DNA of 64,000 nt from Eledone cirrhosa (Eukaryota). Where the stretch lies: contig OZ024740.1 of the NCBI GenBank assembly GCA_964016885.1, forward strand, positions 394,878,001 to 394,942,000, read 5' to 3'. Positions 1 to 13,429 of this stretch are shown here, piece after piece. Position numbers and translations under genes: made by a program. Position 1 is the first letter of the stretch; each line of letters opens with the position of its first letter. The notes below the pieces were generated by a model. The model had not been told where the DNA came from. It made no database searches and saw nothing but the letters and a program-made list of their open reading frames with translations.

Positions 1-806
1 TGCTACTGACATATTCACAAAACAAAAGCGAGAAAAATATTTTATTCGTAACGAAAAAATATATTTTGGCACACTATCGGAGGAATTTTGCATGAGGACT
101 TTCGATAAAAGATATATGTGGTGCGGAGAGGCCAATTCCTGTCTGCAAAGACAAACGATAACCATCTGATCCACGCAAAACACTTGTTGAGCAAGTTGAA
201 ATATAAGCAGCATAGAATGTTTGGGGCTATCTATGATGAGAAAAACCTTGATCACAACCAAAAAGGTCAACTAACGGAATCACAGATAGTTATGCAGATA
301 CCATAAAGAGGTTCCAAAGGTCATGTACACAATAATTCTGGAAAATGTGTTGGGTTTGGAAGTTGTCAGCAACAAAGGAGATACCATGCCTCCTCGCTTC
401 TTTCCTCGGTGCTCAAGGGTAAATTCTGTCGAATATAAGGAGGTGTTGGATAAGTTTGTGTCACTTTAGATAGAGAGTGTGAGCAAAGGAAGACCGTATA
501 GCTATCAATAAGACATTCTGCACCGTCTCATAAGGCCAAGACGACCTAACAATGAATGAGTTACAATCTCCACGATCACGTCACCGCAAAACATATATCC
601 TCTTAGCTCTCCAAACCTGAAACCGTTTGACTACTACGTATGGAGCATAATCGAGAGGAAAATCAATCAACGCTACATAACACTATAAAATATCTGTGAC
701 TGCATTGAGTAGATGCATCAAGAAGAATCCCATAGCTCTTCTGTCATGACTTATGAGTTTTTTTACTAAATTCATTCAAATATCCTCAAAGAACTGAGAG
801 ACCCTG
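1..806 (+). mobile_element. Decayed Tc1/mariner transposon (maT/DD37D-like transposase remnant) with right TIR end
   Basis: Manual translation across frameshifts gives RRGQFLSAKT..., YDEK, EVVSNKGDTMPPRFFP, GRPYSYQ*D and SSPNLKPFDYYVWSIIER (cf. WPPSSPDLNPLDY). Ends in ...ACCCTG (801-806) followed by TA. Confidence 0.75.
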
Positions 807-1412
807 TATATATGGCATTCGATGCTGTATTGCGGAGGTAAATCTTACACTATGTTTACAATACAAATTGTTTCGTGCAATTTTATTTCTGCATTACTAC
901 AGAGAAAATATTCTGTACAATTTTTACATTCGCCTCAATGTGAGTGTGAGCGGCGTGCATGATTGAAGATTGCGGTGTATTTGCTCTGCAGCAAGATGAA
1001 CGAAATATATCGTATAATAAACATCGCGTAAGAATAGTGCTTCCGTAAATTATTATACAGACAGAAAGGCGGACGAACGTGTGTACAGACTGCTGTTGAA
1101 TGGATGGATGCATGCAGGGATACATAGGTAAATGGATAGGGACTGCCGGTCAGACAGAAAGAGAGACCTACAAGTAGATAAATTTCTTTATTAGCCACAA
1201 GGGCACAAAAGAAGGGGACAAATACAAATGGGGAGTTTACATACAGGTATATGAAAATAAACTATTAATACAATAACAAATAACAATTGAAATCCCCAAT
1301 AGGGGTGAGGCGTTACACAGGGGTTGTACACACCCCAAAAAAATGTACAACCCTCATCTCCAGGAGCACCAAGAGCGAGTACTCCCTTCCTCTCTTCCTC
1401 TTTTTCCTCAAC

Positions 1413-4400
1413 CTACAGGCTTATATAGAGAGAAGGCCCAACCACTCGCGCCATCTTTGCCACATTCACCCACCTTTTATAAAACTTGCTGGGGTACAGC
1501 ACCTCTCTCTCCATCCTGATTCTTCTTCCAAAATGATATTTGAAAAAACGAATCAGTTGTTCGCCGGAGAGAAAGGTGTCTGAACTCAGCCCTTTTAACC
1601 TAGTCCACCATATAACCTCTTTCACCATGGCCATAACACATAGGAAAACCGCCTCTCCTTCGTTTTTGAAGGAGGGTGGAGGTTTGATCATGACAATGGA
1701 CTCGGTGGTCAACTGGATTGGTCCCACCCGCGACAATAGTCGTTCTACATAGCCCCACAGGTCGGTAACGCCCGGTCAGTGTACAAATGCGTGCGCGACG
1801 GTTCCTCCTCGCGCACGCATCTCGGACAGATCTTTTTCGAAGGGTCCCTGCCCGGGTGCCCGTGTCTGTAGAGCTTGTCTCGAACTGGGAGAGCTCCTCG
1901 GTAGCACTGCCAGGCCAGGGACTTTTGGTAGTTGTCCATTGGTCCCGGGCGGAAGGTCCTACCGAACAGACTGGCCAGTTCGTCCTCCTCTACGCCTAGA
2001 GTTTCTCCGAGCGCATCGTCGCACTTGCTGCGGACCAACCCTCTATAGAATGACGAAGTGGAGTCTCCACTGATCGCCGGGTGCGTTTTCCAGAGGACCG
2101 TGAGCGCCTGAGCACATTTGATGCGCCAGTCGCCCATTTTCCTCGGTCTTTGCTTGGCTTGACCCAGGACTGCAGCTCGGTCAGCGAGACGAGTGGTGGG
2201 AAGGCTCGCCTCACGAACGGAGCCCACACCGGTTGTCCGGTGAGGAATACGTCGAGGTGCCGCAGCCTGAGCGCGTGTTTGCGCATCGTCAGCCACGACA
2301 TCCCCAGCCCTCCGTTTGAAGGGTGTTGGCAGCAGATCGATCTTCTCACCAAAGGAGCCCGTTTCTTCCAAAGGAATTGGAAGAGCGCGCCGGTCAAGCG
2401 CGACGGTCAAGCGGTAGTAGATGGCGGACGCTATAAAAGTGTTCGCCACCTCCGCTCGACCTTTCAAGGATAGTTTGTAATCGGCCCACTTCTGGGTGAG
2501 CGCAAGCACCTTGGCCGTCACATCGTTCCGGATTTGTCCCGGTTCAGCTTCGCTCCTGTGAACCTTTCGTATTCCTCCAGTAAGGTGCCGACCTCTCGGA
2601 TTTGCGAGGTGCTCGACACCATTACTGTAACGTCGTCGGCGTAGGCCGACGCCGCTTTTCTCAGTCCCGGTTCCAAAGGGATTCCCGCAGTAGTGGCTCG
2701 AGAGTCAGTACGTACAGAAGGGAGGAGAGAGGACATCCCTGTCGGATGGATCGCGTGATATGGAACGGCTCCGAGAAGTAGCCGTTCACCTTGACCCTTG
2801 AGCAGATGTTGCTGCTGTGCATTGCAGCAATCCAGCCCCTGAACACGGTTCCGAAGCCCGCGCCTCGAGCACCGCATCCAGGTAACGATGGTCAACCCTA
2901 TCGAAAGCCTTAGACTGGTCCAAGTTGATCAGGGCCCCACCGAAGCCGGGTTCACACCCTACCCTCTCTATGATGTATCGCATGAGGTGGAGGTTGTCGT
3001 GTATGGACCTGGTCGGGATTGCGCATGTCTGCGCTTCTCCCACCAGGTTTTCGACGACAAGCGCCAGCCTCTTTGCCAACACCTTGGCCAAAATCTGTAA
3101 CTCTGTGTTTAGCAGAGTTATGGGCCGGAAGTTGCCTATGTCATCCCCCTTATTCTCGTCCTTCCTGACTAACGTGACTACGCCCTTGGTCACAGAACTG
3201 GGAATTCTCCTGTTCTGCTGCCAGTTGCAGGAGACCGGAGAATAAGTCCGGCATTGCTACGTAAAATTCGTAGGGTAGACCGTCGAGACCTGGAGATTTG
3301 CGTATGCCGCATTGGCTCAGCGCGTCCCTTATCTCATCGGCCGAAATCGGCCTTTCGCAGAACTTCGCCTCGCTGTCCGAGAGTCGCGGCAGGCCGTCGA
3401 GGTATGGGCTGAAATCCATAGCCCCTTCCGGCGCACCGCTCTGCCCGAACAGTTGAGCAAAGTGCCGCTGAAAAGCCGCGCACATCTGCTTCGGCTCACG
3501 TATAACGCGTCCGTCTTGGTCCTTCAAAGACCGCATTGTGGACTTGTTGCCAATTTTCGCCTCTATCACTCGGGTCCAGCTAACAGCTTTGGCTCCCTCG
3601 TTTCCCAGAGCACGTATTTTGCTCCTGACAACGCAGCCTTCGTGCTTTGCGTCGAAGAGCTGGTCCAAGGCCGTTCTCGTCGCTAGCACGCTGGCTACGT
3701 TTCCACTCCTAAGTGCCTCTTCTACTTTATCTACCAGTTCTTTTTCGGTCTTATTTCTATCTAACACTAATTCTTTACTAAAACCTATCGAGTCTAATCT
3801 AACTGCCCTCTTGAGAGAATACCACCATCTGTTGTTGACAATGGCCCCCGTCAAGAGCTGCTGAACTAAAGTGCTAATCCGTTTACTGTAGGCTTTGCAT
3901 GTCGGTAACGACAAGTTCAGCTTCCATTAGCGGGGTCCCTGTCTATGGGTTCTATCAAGGTTGACTAAGCAGGTCATTAGTTTGTGATCTGAATAGGCAA
4001 CCATGAACATTTGTGGACAGCTTAACATGTCCCTATCACTAACTCTAACTAGAAACCTGTCTGGGTACGATCTAGATGTTCCACTGCGATTAGTCCACGC
4101 CCACAGTGGCACAGTCGGAAAATCTAGTCGATATCTATCGGCTAGTTGAAATTGGCCGATTAACTGTTTGAGGCTGTTACACCCCCTCTATCGGGACATG
4201 CTCCCACATAGTCTCAACGTTCATTTAGGATTCCATTCCAGTCCACCACTAACAGCAGGGAGCGGGACATTCCCAGAAATGTCTCTAGACGTTTGAAGAA
4301 GTCTGGCCGCGGTGTCCCGGATGGGGCATATGCGGCCACTACCCTGAAGGCTCCACCTTCACTACCGTCAACGTCTAGGACCACCAGTCGACCCTCCGGG

Positions 4401-4663
4401 TCCAGATGTACCGTCTGTGTTACGAGGCCCAGGTGTTTCTGCAGCGAAACGGCAACCCCGCCGCCACCTCTCGGCTGACAGAGAGATTCTTAGATCTCAA
4501 AGTCGTCGAAGATGGGGGCCAGCTGTCGCTCGCTGTGGATCCTGGACTCGCAAATGGCTACTACATCCATACTGTGCGACCTGAGGTCGTTTAAGGGTTT
4601 TCCCTGTTTCCAGGGCATCCCCAGGCCGCGTACATTCACACATCCAACTCTTATATTGGCCAT
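1413..4663 (-). pseudogene. Tx1 ORF2: APE endonuclease + reverse transcriptase + zf-RVT, split by many frameshifts
   Basis: Start MANIRVGCVNVRGLG at 4663; YSDH; KSPGLDGLPYEFY; NFRPITLLN; LDQSKAFDRVDH; IRQGCPLSSLLY; AYADDVT; GGLG; WQCYRGALPVRDKL...CPRC. Confidence 0.9.
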
Positions 4664-4699
4664 GTTGGTGCTGAAAAGTTAAAAGAAGAGGAAAAGAAA

Positions 4700-6493
4700 T
4701 CACTCACCTCTTCGTCTCCTGGGGACCAGGCTGCACAATTTCCATGGGAGTGTTGGAGGGTTTGTTTGGTGGGGTGGTGCTTTCTGGCGGGGTGGGGACG
4801 GAGATGTTTGGTGGGGAGGGGTGTCTGGTGGGATGGGGGTGTTTGGTGGGGTGGGGATACATTTTAACAGGACTCGATTGTAGGGTTTGACGCAGGGGGT
4901 ATCTACGTCGTTAGGAAATTTTTCTTTTAACTGTTATGTGTATCCATGGAAATCCTAATCATTTTAAGATTAGCATTCTCCGAAGAGTGTGTAAAAGTTT
5001 TCCCTTCGGTCTCCAGCCTAAGGGTTTTTATATATGTTGTCTGTTAAAGTTTTATTGTTAGTATTTATGTAGGTGTAACATTTTTGTTGTGTTGTGTTGC
5101 TTTTTGTCTGTGGTTCTTGTGGGTGTTTACGTTTTGTCGTAGGTGTTTTGTTTTCAGGAGGGGGTGTTTTTGTTTGTGCTGTTTGCGTCACTTGTGTTGG
5201 TGTTTGTGTTTGTTGCATTTTTGTTTGTGTTATGTCTTTTCTTTTTTCTTTTCACTGGTCAGAAAGGCTCTCCCTCATCGTCACTGGGTGACGATGATGA
5301 CGCCTCATCCGTGTTGTTGGGGAAGGCTACATTTTAGGGAGCTGTTATGTGTATAGGTGTTTCTGGGGTTGTTTTAGGTGGGGAGTTGGGTGGGACTGTG
5401 TTTGTCGTTTGTTTTGTTGTCACTATTTTTTTATGTTGTTGTTGTGGTGGTGGTGGTGATTGTTGTGCTGTTGTTGCAGGTGTTGACAGTAGTGCCTTTT
5501 TTTGGCTAGTTAGCCGAGGACAGGAAGCTCTCAGGTGACCCCTGCTTGAGCAGTGGTAACATGAGGGCCGCCTACCCTCGACCGAAATGTTTATGTATAT
5601 AAGCCCATCCAGCAGCAAACCTTCCGGGATCCTGGCTATTCGTTCTGGTGTCATTTGGACCAGAATTTCCAGGCTAATTCCGCTGAACCGATCGCCGGAG
5701 GACTTACCTACCGATATTATTGTGTCTTTTTCGAGGTTTAAAAATCCACATAGTACCCACCAAATGTCAATATTTGGTGTGATACTTTGGATTTTTATTT
5801 TCTGTGTCCTTTTCTCCATGTAAGTGGGGAAAAAGGTGAACAACGGTGACACAATTGGCGACACAGAGTATTTCTGTGCCGTCAGTTGGTCTTTCATCAG
5901 AATGGATAAACTCCCGTAGAGTCTACCCTTCTGAATGAAAGCAATGTCTTTTAAGGCATCTTCTAAAACCAACTCAATTTCGCCTTGTGAAAGTTGAGTC
6001 GGTTTTCGGGGTTTTTTTTAGACTGTCCTGAAAACCACAGTTTTCAAGGCAGCTTCTCTTCGCAAATCTGGGGGAGAGTTTATGGAGAATGAACCGTTCT
6101 CCCCAAAAGTTATGTACTGCCTGGCGTTATTCAAAAGCTCATTTGCATTTGAAATATCTACCGGTTTGCGCAAACGATATTTTGTTGTTTACTTCCTTGT
6201 TGCAGTTATTGGTCTTGTTATTGTTGTTATTGTTATTGTTGTTGTTGTTGTTTTTGTTCATAGCATTGTTGTTGTTGTTGTTGTTGCTGGTGTGTTGTTT
6301 TTGTTCATTGTTTCACACTTTTGGTTTTGGTTTGTTGCCATGGCAACGTCAAATTGTCGGTCAGCAGGTTGAGAAAATCCTTCCTTTGGCTAACCTTTGT
6401 CTTTGACATCTGCTACTATGACAGTGGCAGGGGAAGCTATAAGCATATCTTCCCCTTTCCTCCTTCGAATGTTGGTGAAGAAGCTTCAGCCAT
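4700..6493 (-). pseudogene. Tx1 ORF1 (gag-like, CCHC zinc knuckle, Pro/Thr/Gln low-complexity tail), disrupted
   Basis: ORF 5334..5972 contains VEGRRPSCYHCSSRGHLRASCP (CX2CX4HX4C). Candidate start ATG at 6493 (MAEASSPTF); boundaries approximate. Confidence 0.7.
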
Positions 6494-6699
6494 TTTTTTT
6501 TAAATGTTAGCTTTTCAAAAAAAACGTTTTATGAACTATTTCGCCTAAAGGCGTACAATATTTTGAGAGACTGACCAGATCGAAATTTGACCTGGCAGTC
6601 CCTCTACAAATTGGTATAAAAATGAAGGTTCATAGTTGGGAATTTCAATGGAAATTTAGGCAGAACTTACCCAGCAAGTTTCACGCGTGTGTCCATCCC

Positions 6700-6805
6700 A
6701 GATAGATATGTAGCAAGTAGATAGACAACCAGATAGAATTTAGATAAATGGATAGACAGATAGACAGACAGATAGATATATATAGATATATAGATATATA
6801 TATAG

Positions 6806-6902
<97 letters not shown>
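6700..6902. repeat. (GATA)n microsatellite with degenerate flanks
   Basis: Long perfect GATA run ~6808-6902, degenerate upstream. Confidence 0.95.
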
Positions 6903-7979
6903 TGTTTTTTTCTGGTGGATAGACAGATATGAAGGAAAGAAAACAAACAAATGTACAACTAAAATGTCCTCTCTTGACTTCTTCACCCATTGAAATAAAG
7001 ATAAATGAATAAATAAGATAATTTCGCAGTTTCTATGCTGAGACTTCCACTTAGTCCGTCTGACTGGTTGTCTGGCATTGTGTATGTTTTAATCGTGCGG
7101 TAGGTCCGTCTTTAAGTGAGTGAGAGCTTGGCACCGAGTAACTGGTATGACGCCTCTTAGCGAAGATCTGTCTTTCATATCAAATCTTATCGAAGGAATT
7201 CATTAAAGAAATGAAATGCCACACAGCATACACGACGTGCCAACGATAATAGTTAAGATGCAGATAATTCTCGACTAATATAATTCAATAACACTGGGTT
7301 CTGTCTTCTTTTTGTTTTCGTTTTAATTTGTGGTTATTTGTTTGTTTATTGAGGACGCTGACGAGTTAGTACAAAAGTCAGAGGTGATATACTTAGTATG
7401 CTCAAACAACAACATCATGGTTTCGATTCCTAATTGAAAGATACCTACGTTACTGACATAAATAATAATGTTTTGGTAAAGCCATGAAGGACTCAACTTC
7501 TCAATGTCCGCTCATTTCCCGTAAACTGCATGTTGTTGTTTAGTCACAGTTCAGCTCAGTTCAGCAGATATGATCAAAGGTATTCCTGTTCTAACCTTAC
7601 AACTTTTATTGGACAAGTATGACTACATTCTTCAAGACGTAAGGAAAATGTGGCTGCTATTTCTACCAGATTGATTGATTACATACAATTTCTGTCGTTG
7701 GTTCCTGTATGAGTTCACTTTGATGATGGTGATTGATCGCTTACTTCTGTCAAGTTGTTGGTACTCTCACGTAGAAGCTACTACATAGCCGGCTATTGCT
7801 CACTCGACTATAAAAGCTGATCCTATGTTTTGCAAGCTAGCGCACCCATCAGTTAATTTGATAGTGCTGTCGTTTGTTACAACACTGAACTATACTAAAA
7901 CACGCATTTAGACATATGTGAACTCTGTTTTATGAGTTAAGCGTTTTGCTTAGTTAATCCAGTTGTTGTTTTGATGTAG

Positions 7980-8360
7980 CATGACGTAATGGTTAAGAAG
8001 TTCGCTTCACAAGCTTCCTGGATCAGTCCCACTTTGTGTTAACTTGGGGAACTGCATTTTGCAATAGCTTTAGGTCAATAGTTAGACTGTGCCTGTAATT
8101 CAAAGGGCCATCATTGACACACTCTATCGCGCTAAATCTCCCTGAGGATGACGTTCAGGATACAAATGACTACGTAACACCCAGTCACATTAATTGTTTC
8201 TACTTTAGGCACAAGGCCAGCAATTAATCAGTACATTACTGGTACTTTATTTTATCGACCCCGTAAGGATGAAAGGCAAATGTATGTGCTAATTTAACGA
8301 ATATGCCGTTGCGTTGATTGAAAAACCAAAGCGCTCATCGTTAAAACCGACAGAGATCCA
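7980..8360 (+). mobile_element. Old CORE-like tRNA SINE (same family as 48565-48890) interrupted by a partial younger SINE at 8191-8280 (-)
   Basis: TGGTTAAG head and CCTGTAATTCAAAGGGCCA...AATCTCCCTGA match the 48565-48890 element; the insert matches the 3' half of SINE family A. Confidence 0.55.
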
Positions 8361-8599
8361 TAAAGTAGCTAATATAGGGAAGACAAACAACTGGTCATCC
8401 AACTGTTCGCCTGTCACATTTCAGGCTATTTGAGACCTATAAAAAATATTTTTCTCAAATTCCTACAACCCCACACATTGGATGAGGAATGTACTCCATT
8501 AGTTAGCAGGCAGGTATTTTATCTTTGAAAAGACAGGAGACAAAGTGGACCTCCTCGGAATGGAGGCTCAGAATATAATACTAGGGGAAATGTTATTCA

Positions 8600-9350
8600 T
8601 CATTCTACCGATAATGATTGTCTTATATATCTTGCCACAAATTGAACAAGTAGTCACATCTGGAGGTGTAGTGAGATCTGTAATATAATCTGCCTGCATC
8701 ATTGTCTGTTCATGCGTTTTCACATCGTTTATAAAATCTACTTTATAGAGAATGACATGGTGAAAGAGCCTGCAACTCCAATTATCAACATTTTGAAGCC
8801 CTACCAACTCACACTTTCTTAGTACTCATTTTAGCCCTGATTTTACGTTTTCCGTTTCATCCAATAATTGAAGCCCTGATTTAATTGTCCTTCTCCACGT
8901 ATTACTCCTTTTCCCATTGATCTAAATCTAATCCAAGATATTTTACATTTTCCTTAATATAATCTTTGCACAAGCTCACCATAAATGATTTTCTTTGTAA
9001 ACCTTGCGTCGTTCATACGAACATGATACCCAACTCATCCCATATAACTTTCAATACAACGCGAAATGATTGTAGAGCACCCCAATCTTTATAAAATGTC
9101 TAGGTCATATATCATGCTTCTCAATTTAATACCTAGGATTCGCTTCTGGTGAGTAATTCATGATTCATACATATAACAAAACTGTCTCATACATAGTTAT
9201 TTTTATCGTTAATTTTATGTCCCTGTCTGAGAACACCATTTTCACTAATTTTCGAAATACATTATTTGCTTTGTGTACTAGATGTATTTATGTATTTGAA
9301 CTCTCGTCTCTTCACAGAGGACTATCCATAAATACAAGAGTATAGACTAC
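8600..9350 (-). mobile_element. Heavily decayed LINE RT C-terminal remnant (RTE-like)
   Basis: Only fragmentary motifs on the minus strand (RILGIK-like, TCSICGKIYK); no continuous ORF. Confidence 0.3.
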
Positions 9351-9441
9351 TGCCATCCTAGTTCTACTCATATATATGGCACAACATAAAGTTCTCCAGG
9401 TGGTGGATGTAATTGTTCTTGTTCATTGTTAAGCTTATAAT

Positions 9442-9617
9442 TGTTTCTACTTTTGGCACAAGGCCAGCAATTACCCAGTGCATTACTGGTACTTTATTTT
9501 AACGACCCCGTAAGGATGAAAGGAAAAGTTAACCTCGGCGGGATTTGAACTCAGATCATACAGGGAGGTAACTCTAAGCTTCAAAGCATGGCGTCCGACT
9601 CTCTACCGATTCTGCCA
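9442..9617 (-). mobile_element. tRNA-derived SINE family A with 11-bp TSD
   Basis: A-box TGGCAG.ATCGGTAGAG, B-box GAGTTCAAATCC, 3' GGCCTTGTGCCAAAAGTAGAAACAATTA; TSD AAGCTTATAAT at 9431-9441 and 9618-9628. Confidence 0.9.
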
Positions 9618-10263
9618 AAGCTTATAATGAACCCTAAAAGAGCAGATACTTCAGAAAATGTATCATTATGTACTGCTGCATATCTGTTTCTGAATGTGAA
9701 ACAAAGTCAGCGTTATCACCATACAAAATCAACATATTGAATGCTTATTATTAAATCCCCTTAAATTGAAAACGTGTCCAGATATTTAGAAACGTAGATT
9801 TAAGCCACCACTACAGTCTAGAAATGTATAAGTAAGGAGTACGACGAAGTATAATTGTAAAGAGTATTGGAGCAGGAAAGTCTCCTTGTTTAACACTAAT
9901 GTCCACATCAATTTGTTTTGAGTTTTCCATTAAATGCAGTCCTGGTCATCATGTCCCTAAATTTCTTTGAAAATGAGCAAAACTTTCTGAGGAGAGCCTA
10001 ATTTATTAACAATGGACCCTAAGGCTTTTCTGCACCATTCAGTGTTATATGGGAATTGCGATTTACGAATGAAATTATTAGTACGATCAAACATTACTAA
10101 GGATGTTGTATGGATTGCTACGGGAAACGGCTCATGAGATGAGGTGACACTATTATTTACCATGATTGGTAACATCAACCCAACAGATTCCACTGGCCAC
10201 AAGTTATCCCTGTTTAATGTTACTATTTTGGTCATTTTATATCCACACACACGTACATGCATA

Positions 10264-10348
<85 letters not shown>

Positions 10349-11583
10349 GGGGGGGAGAGAGAGATGTATCTGTGTGTGTGTATAATGCGATGAATAACAG
10401 TACCCTTCACGGGGTCGTCTAACCGAATTAGATAAGTGACAATTGTGGCATGCATATAATTGACTTTTCGTTACTCAAACCATCACGAGAAAATACTTAA
10501 GTGAAAACTGTTTTATAATTCTAACTGTAAAAAGAAGAATGGAATAGTATTCGTGGTTTCAGATAACGCCGAATGATGAGTGTAGACTTACTGTAACTTT
10601 GTTGTTGCGCAATACAGTGACAGCTTTACAATATAGCTCATCACCATGAAACATCTTTTCACAACAAATCTACTACGAGTGGTTTAAATAGAAGTAATTT
10701 GTCTTGATTTATGGTTCAGAAAAATTCTGAATTTGATGAAATAATACGTATGGTATAATTAATTTGACACTGATGATTACATATCATTCTTCAGTGATGG
10801 ATATCGATAATTTCGGTAAAGTGATAAAACAACTAAGGGAATGGTAGAATTCTTAGCAGCACAACATTATGTCTAAATACATAGTCTCAGATATTACAAA
10901 ACCAGTACTGGGTTCAATTCTAGAGGCGAGTTTTAGGACATATGTACAAGGAAAAAAACGTTTGGGATGTTTCTTGATGAATTAAAAATATTGCAATGGA
11001 GAAGTAGATAGGTATAGTGATCGAGATTTTGTGTGGGTCTTATTCCTGTTTCATCCATTACTCGGATTGCAATCCCTTTTTGATACACGGAGTAGGTTAA
11101 ATGAATATATGAATTTAGAAAACAGCTGGTGATATTTCTATGGGAGGAATTAAATGTTTAGAATAGACTAAAATATAGTTTCTTCACAATTTCATAAGTT
11201 TTTTAAGACTAGATTTTGTTTATTAAAGGTAAAATTATGTTTTACATTCTATTCCACTAGCAAGAGCTAAAAGGTGATTTTGCAACTAACGAAAATCCTG
11301 TCCAAACAAATGTTCTAAGCCAGAATACTAACAGAAATTCACTATTACAAAATGTATTGTTCGTATTTTGGGGTTGCTACATCCATTACAAAATATTTTG
11401 AATCTATTAATGCGAATTCATTCCTCTTTCACGATTTAGAGACATTAAAAAATAGACTTCTGCATAATAGAGTTTATAATATTGCTTGTTCTGAAAAACC
11501 TACTGAAAAGATTGATTTAGGATATAGGTTGATAATCATCTAACCTAATTGAAATGTAATTAAACCCTGGTTATTTTATTCAT

Positions 11584-11623
<40 letters not shown>

Positions 11624-12137
11624 AACATAGTATGTGTGTGGGTGTGTACATGTATGCGAAGCATCATCGATAAAACAACGCAGGGGAACGATATAGCACA
11701 ATGAAGATAAATATTAGTCTGACACTTGATAAAGCAGGAAGAGAATCTTAATGTTTCGGTCGTTAGTCCTTCATCAGAATACAGAATGTGAGATACAAGA
11801 AATATAAAGGTAAACGAGAATAAGAAAAGGAAGAAGCGAAAAAAAAACTTTTACGAAATAAAAGCACGTGTGAGTTTTGTCAGCCATTTTGGGGAAATAT
11901 ATATGTGTGAGAGTGTGTGTGAGCGTGTGTGGGCGTGTGTGTATGTATGTATGTTGTTGAATATTGTGGGTTAACTATGCACTCTGATTATCAAATTTCA
12001 AATGTGTGAAGGACCTGGGAATTTGAAATTAAATAAGTAGTACGGAAGAGTCAGCGAGTAATAAATGTCATTAAGGGATTTGGGCGTGTAAAATGAAAAG
12101 TATACATAGAAATATTTCATCTACATATATCATACAA

Positions 12138-12177
<40 letters not shown>

Positions 12178-12184
12178 GTGGGTC

Positions 12185-12235
<51 letters not shown>

Positions 12236-12503
12236 AGTGACTTTTGTACCTCTGTTGTTTCCTTGAACTTTATATATATGTGTGTATATATATATATATA
12301 TATGAAAAGATTCAGAACCCCGACGACTGAGCTCTGGCCGCTTCGACAGCTAGATCCGAACGAATTCGTATATATATATACTAGCCGAATTTTTTTTTTT
12401 AAATCAGCGATATAATTTATGGAGAAAAACTTCGCGTTTCAATAAAAGTAATGCATGAAAAGTTTGAAAAATTATTTTTTTAATATATCAAATAAAATTA
12501 CAT

Positions 12504-12686
12504 TTGGCAGTATCGGTAGAGGGTCGGACGCCATGCTTTGACGCATAGAGTTACGGCCCTTGCCATTCTGAGTTCAAATCCCGCCGAGGTTAACTTTGCC
12601 TTTCATCCTTATGGGGTCGATAAAATAAAGTACCAGTAATACACTGGGTAATTGCTGGCCTTGTGCCAAAAGTAGAAACAATTATT
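12504..12686 (+). mobile_element. tRNA-derived SINE family A
   Basis: Full match to family A (A/B boxes, CCTTTCATCCTTA.GGGGTCGATAAAATAAAGTACCAG body, ATT tail). Confidence 0.9.
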
Positions 12687-12689
12687 AAA

Positions 12690-13210
12690 TATTATTCTTA
12701 TTTTGTTTCTTGTAAATAATATTTTTCAAAATATCAATTCAAAGCTTTTGTGAATAGGCATCATATCTTGTCATTTACCTATGGTTTAAATTTCATATAA
12801 ATCGAGGGGAAAGAATTTTCAGCGTGGGTTTGTGCCTCCGGGGAACCTTAATAGGGGGTTTAACCCCCATTAGGGTGTCTTAATATTATTAAAATTTGCT
12901 GAAATTTTGTGAATACGCATCATGTCTTGTCTTTTACCTATGGTTTAAACTTCATATAAATCGAAGGGACAAACTTTCAGCGGGGATTTCCAGCGGGGGT
13001 TTTGTGCCCCCGGGAACCTTTGATTAAAATGAAATATACTTATCCATGTACCCTGGGCAATATAGTTTCAGAGTATATATGGTTATGGGGAGGTCTATCT
13101 CCAAAACCATAGGAGGACTTCGTGAACAAACAAACAAACAGGAATACAACTTTATATATATTTTTATATATATATAAACGGAATAAATGAAACGAAATTT
13201 CATTTCCCAT
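12690..13210 (-). mobile_element. Non-autonomous Helitron-like repeat with an internal ~160-bp tandem duplication
   Basis: Minus strand begins with an AT-rich motif then (TGTT)n, as in non-autonomous Helitron/DINE-type elements. Duplicated unit at ~12746-12850 and ~12906-13020. Terminal motif TGGGAAATGAAATTTCGTTTCATT recurs at 15394-15417. Confidence 0.4.
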
Positions 13211-13282
13211 ATGTGTGTGCATGTATGCATATATATATACATACTACTGTACGTCTGTATACATATATGTATGTACGTGTAC

Positions 13283-13334
<52 letters not shown>

Positions 13335-13354
13335 TTGTGTGAGTGAGAGTAACC

Positions 13355-13429
<75 letters not shown>

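Larger units (their letters stand above)
1181..6713 (-). mobile_element. Near full-length Tx1/L1-clade non-LTR retrotransposon (frameshifted)
   Basis: ORF1 with CCHC knuckle; ORF2 with APE, RT and C-terminal zinc region; AATAAA just before the 3' end (plus-strand TTTATT 1187-1192); candidate 10-bp TSD CAAGTAGATA at 1171-1180 and 6714-6723. Confidence 0.9.

Noticed and set aside
9957-10262. 101-aa minus-strand ORF
   Set aside because: No recognisable domain or convincing splice context; starts in a microsatellite.
10592-10680. Possible minus-strand exon ending at GTAAGT
   Set aside because: Open in two frames but gives no recognisable peptide and has no supporting neighbouring exons.
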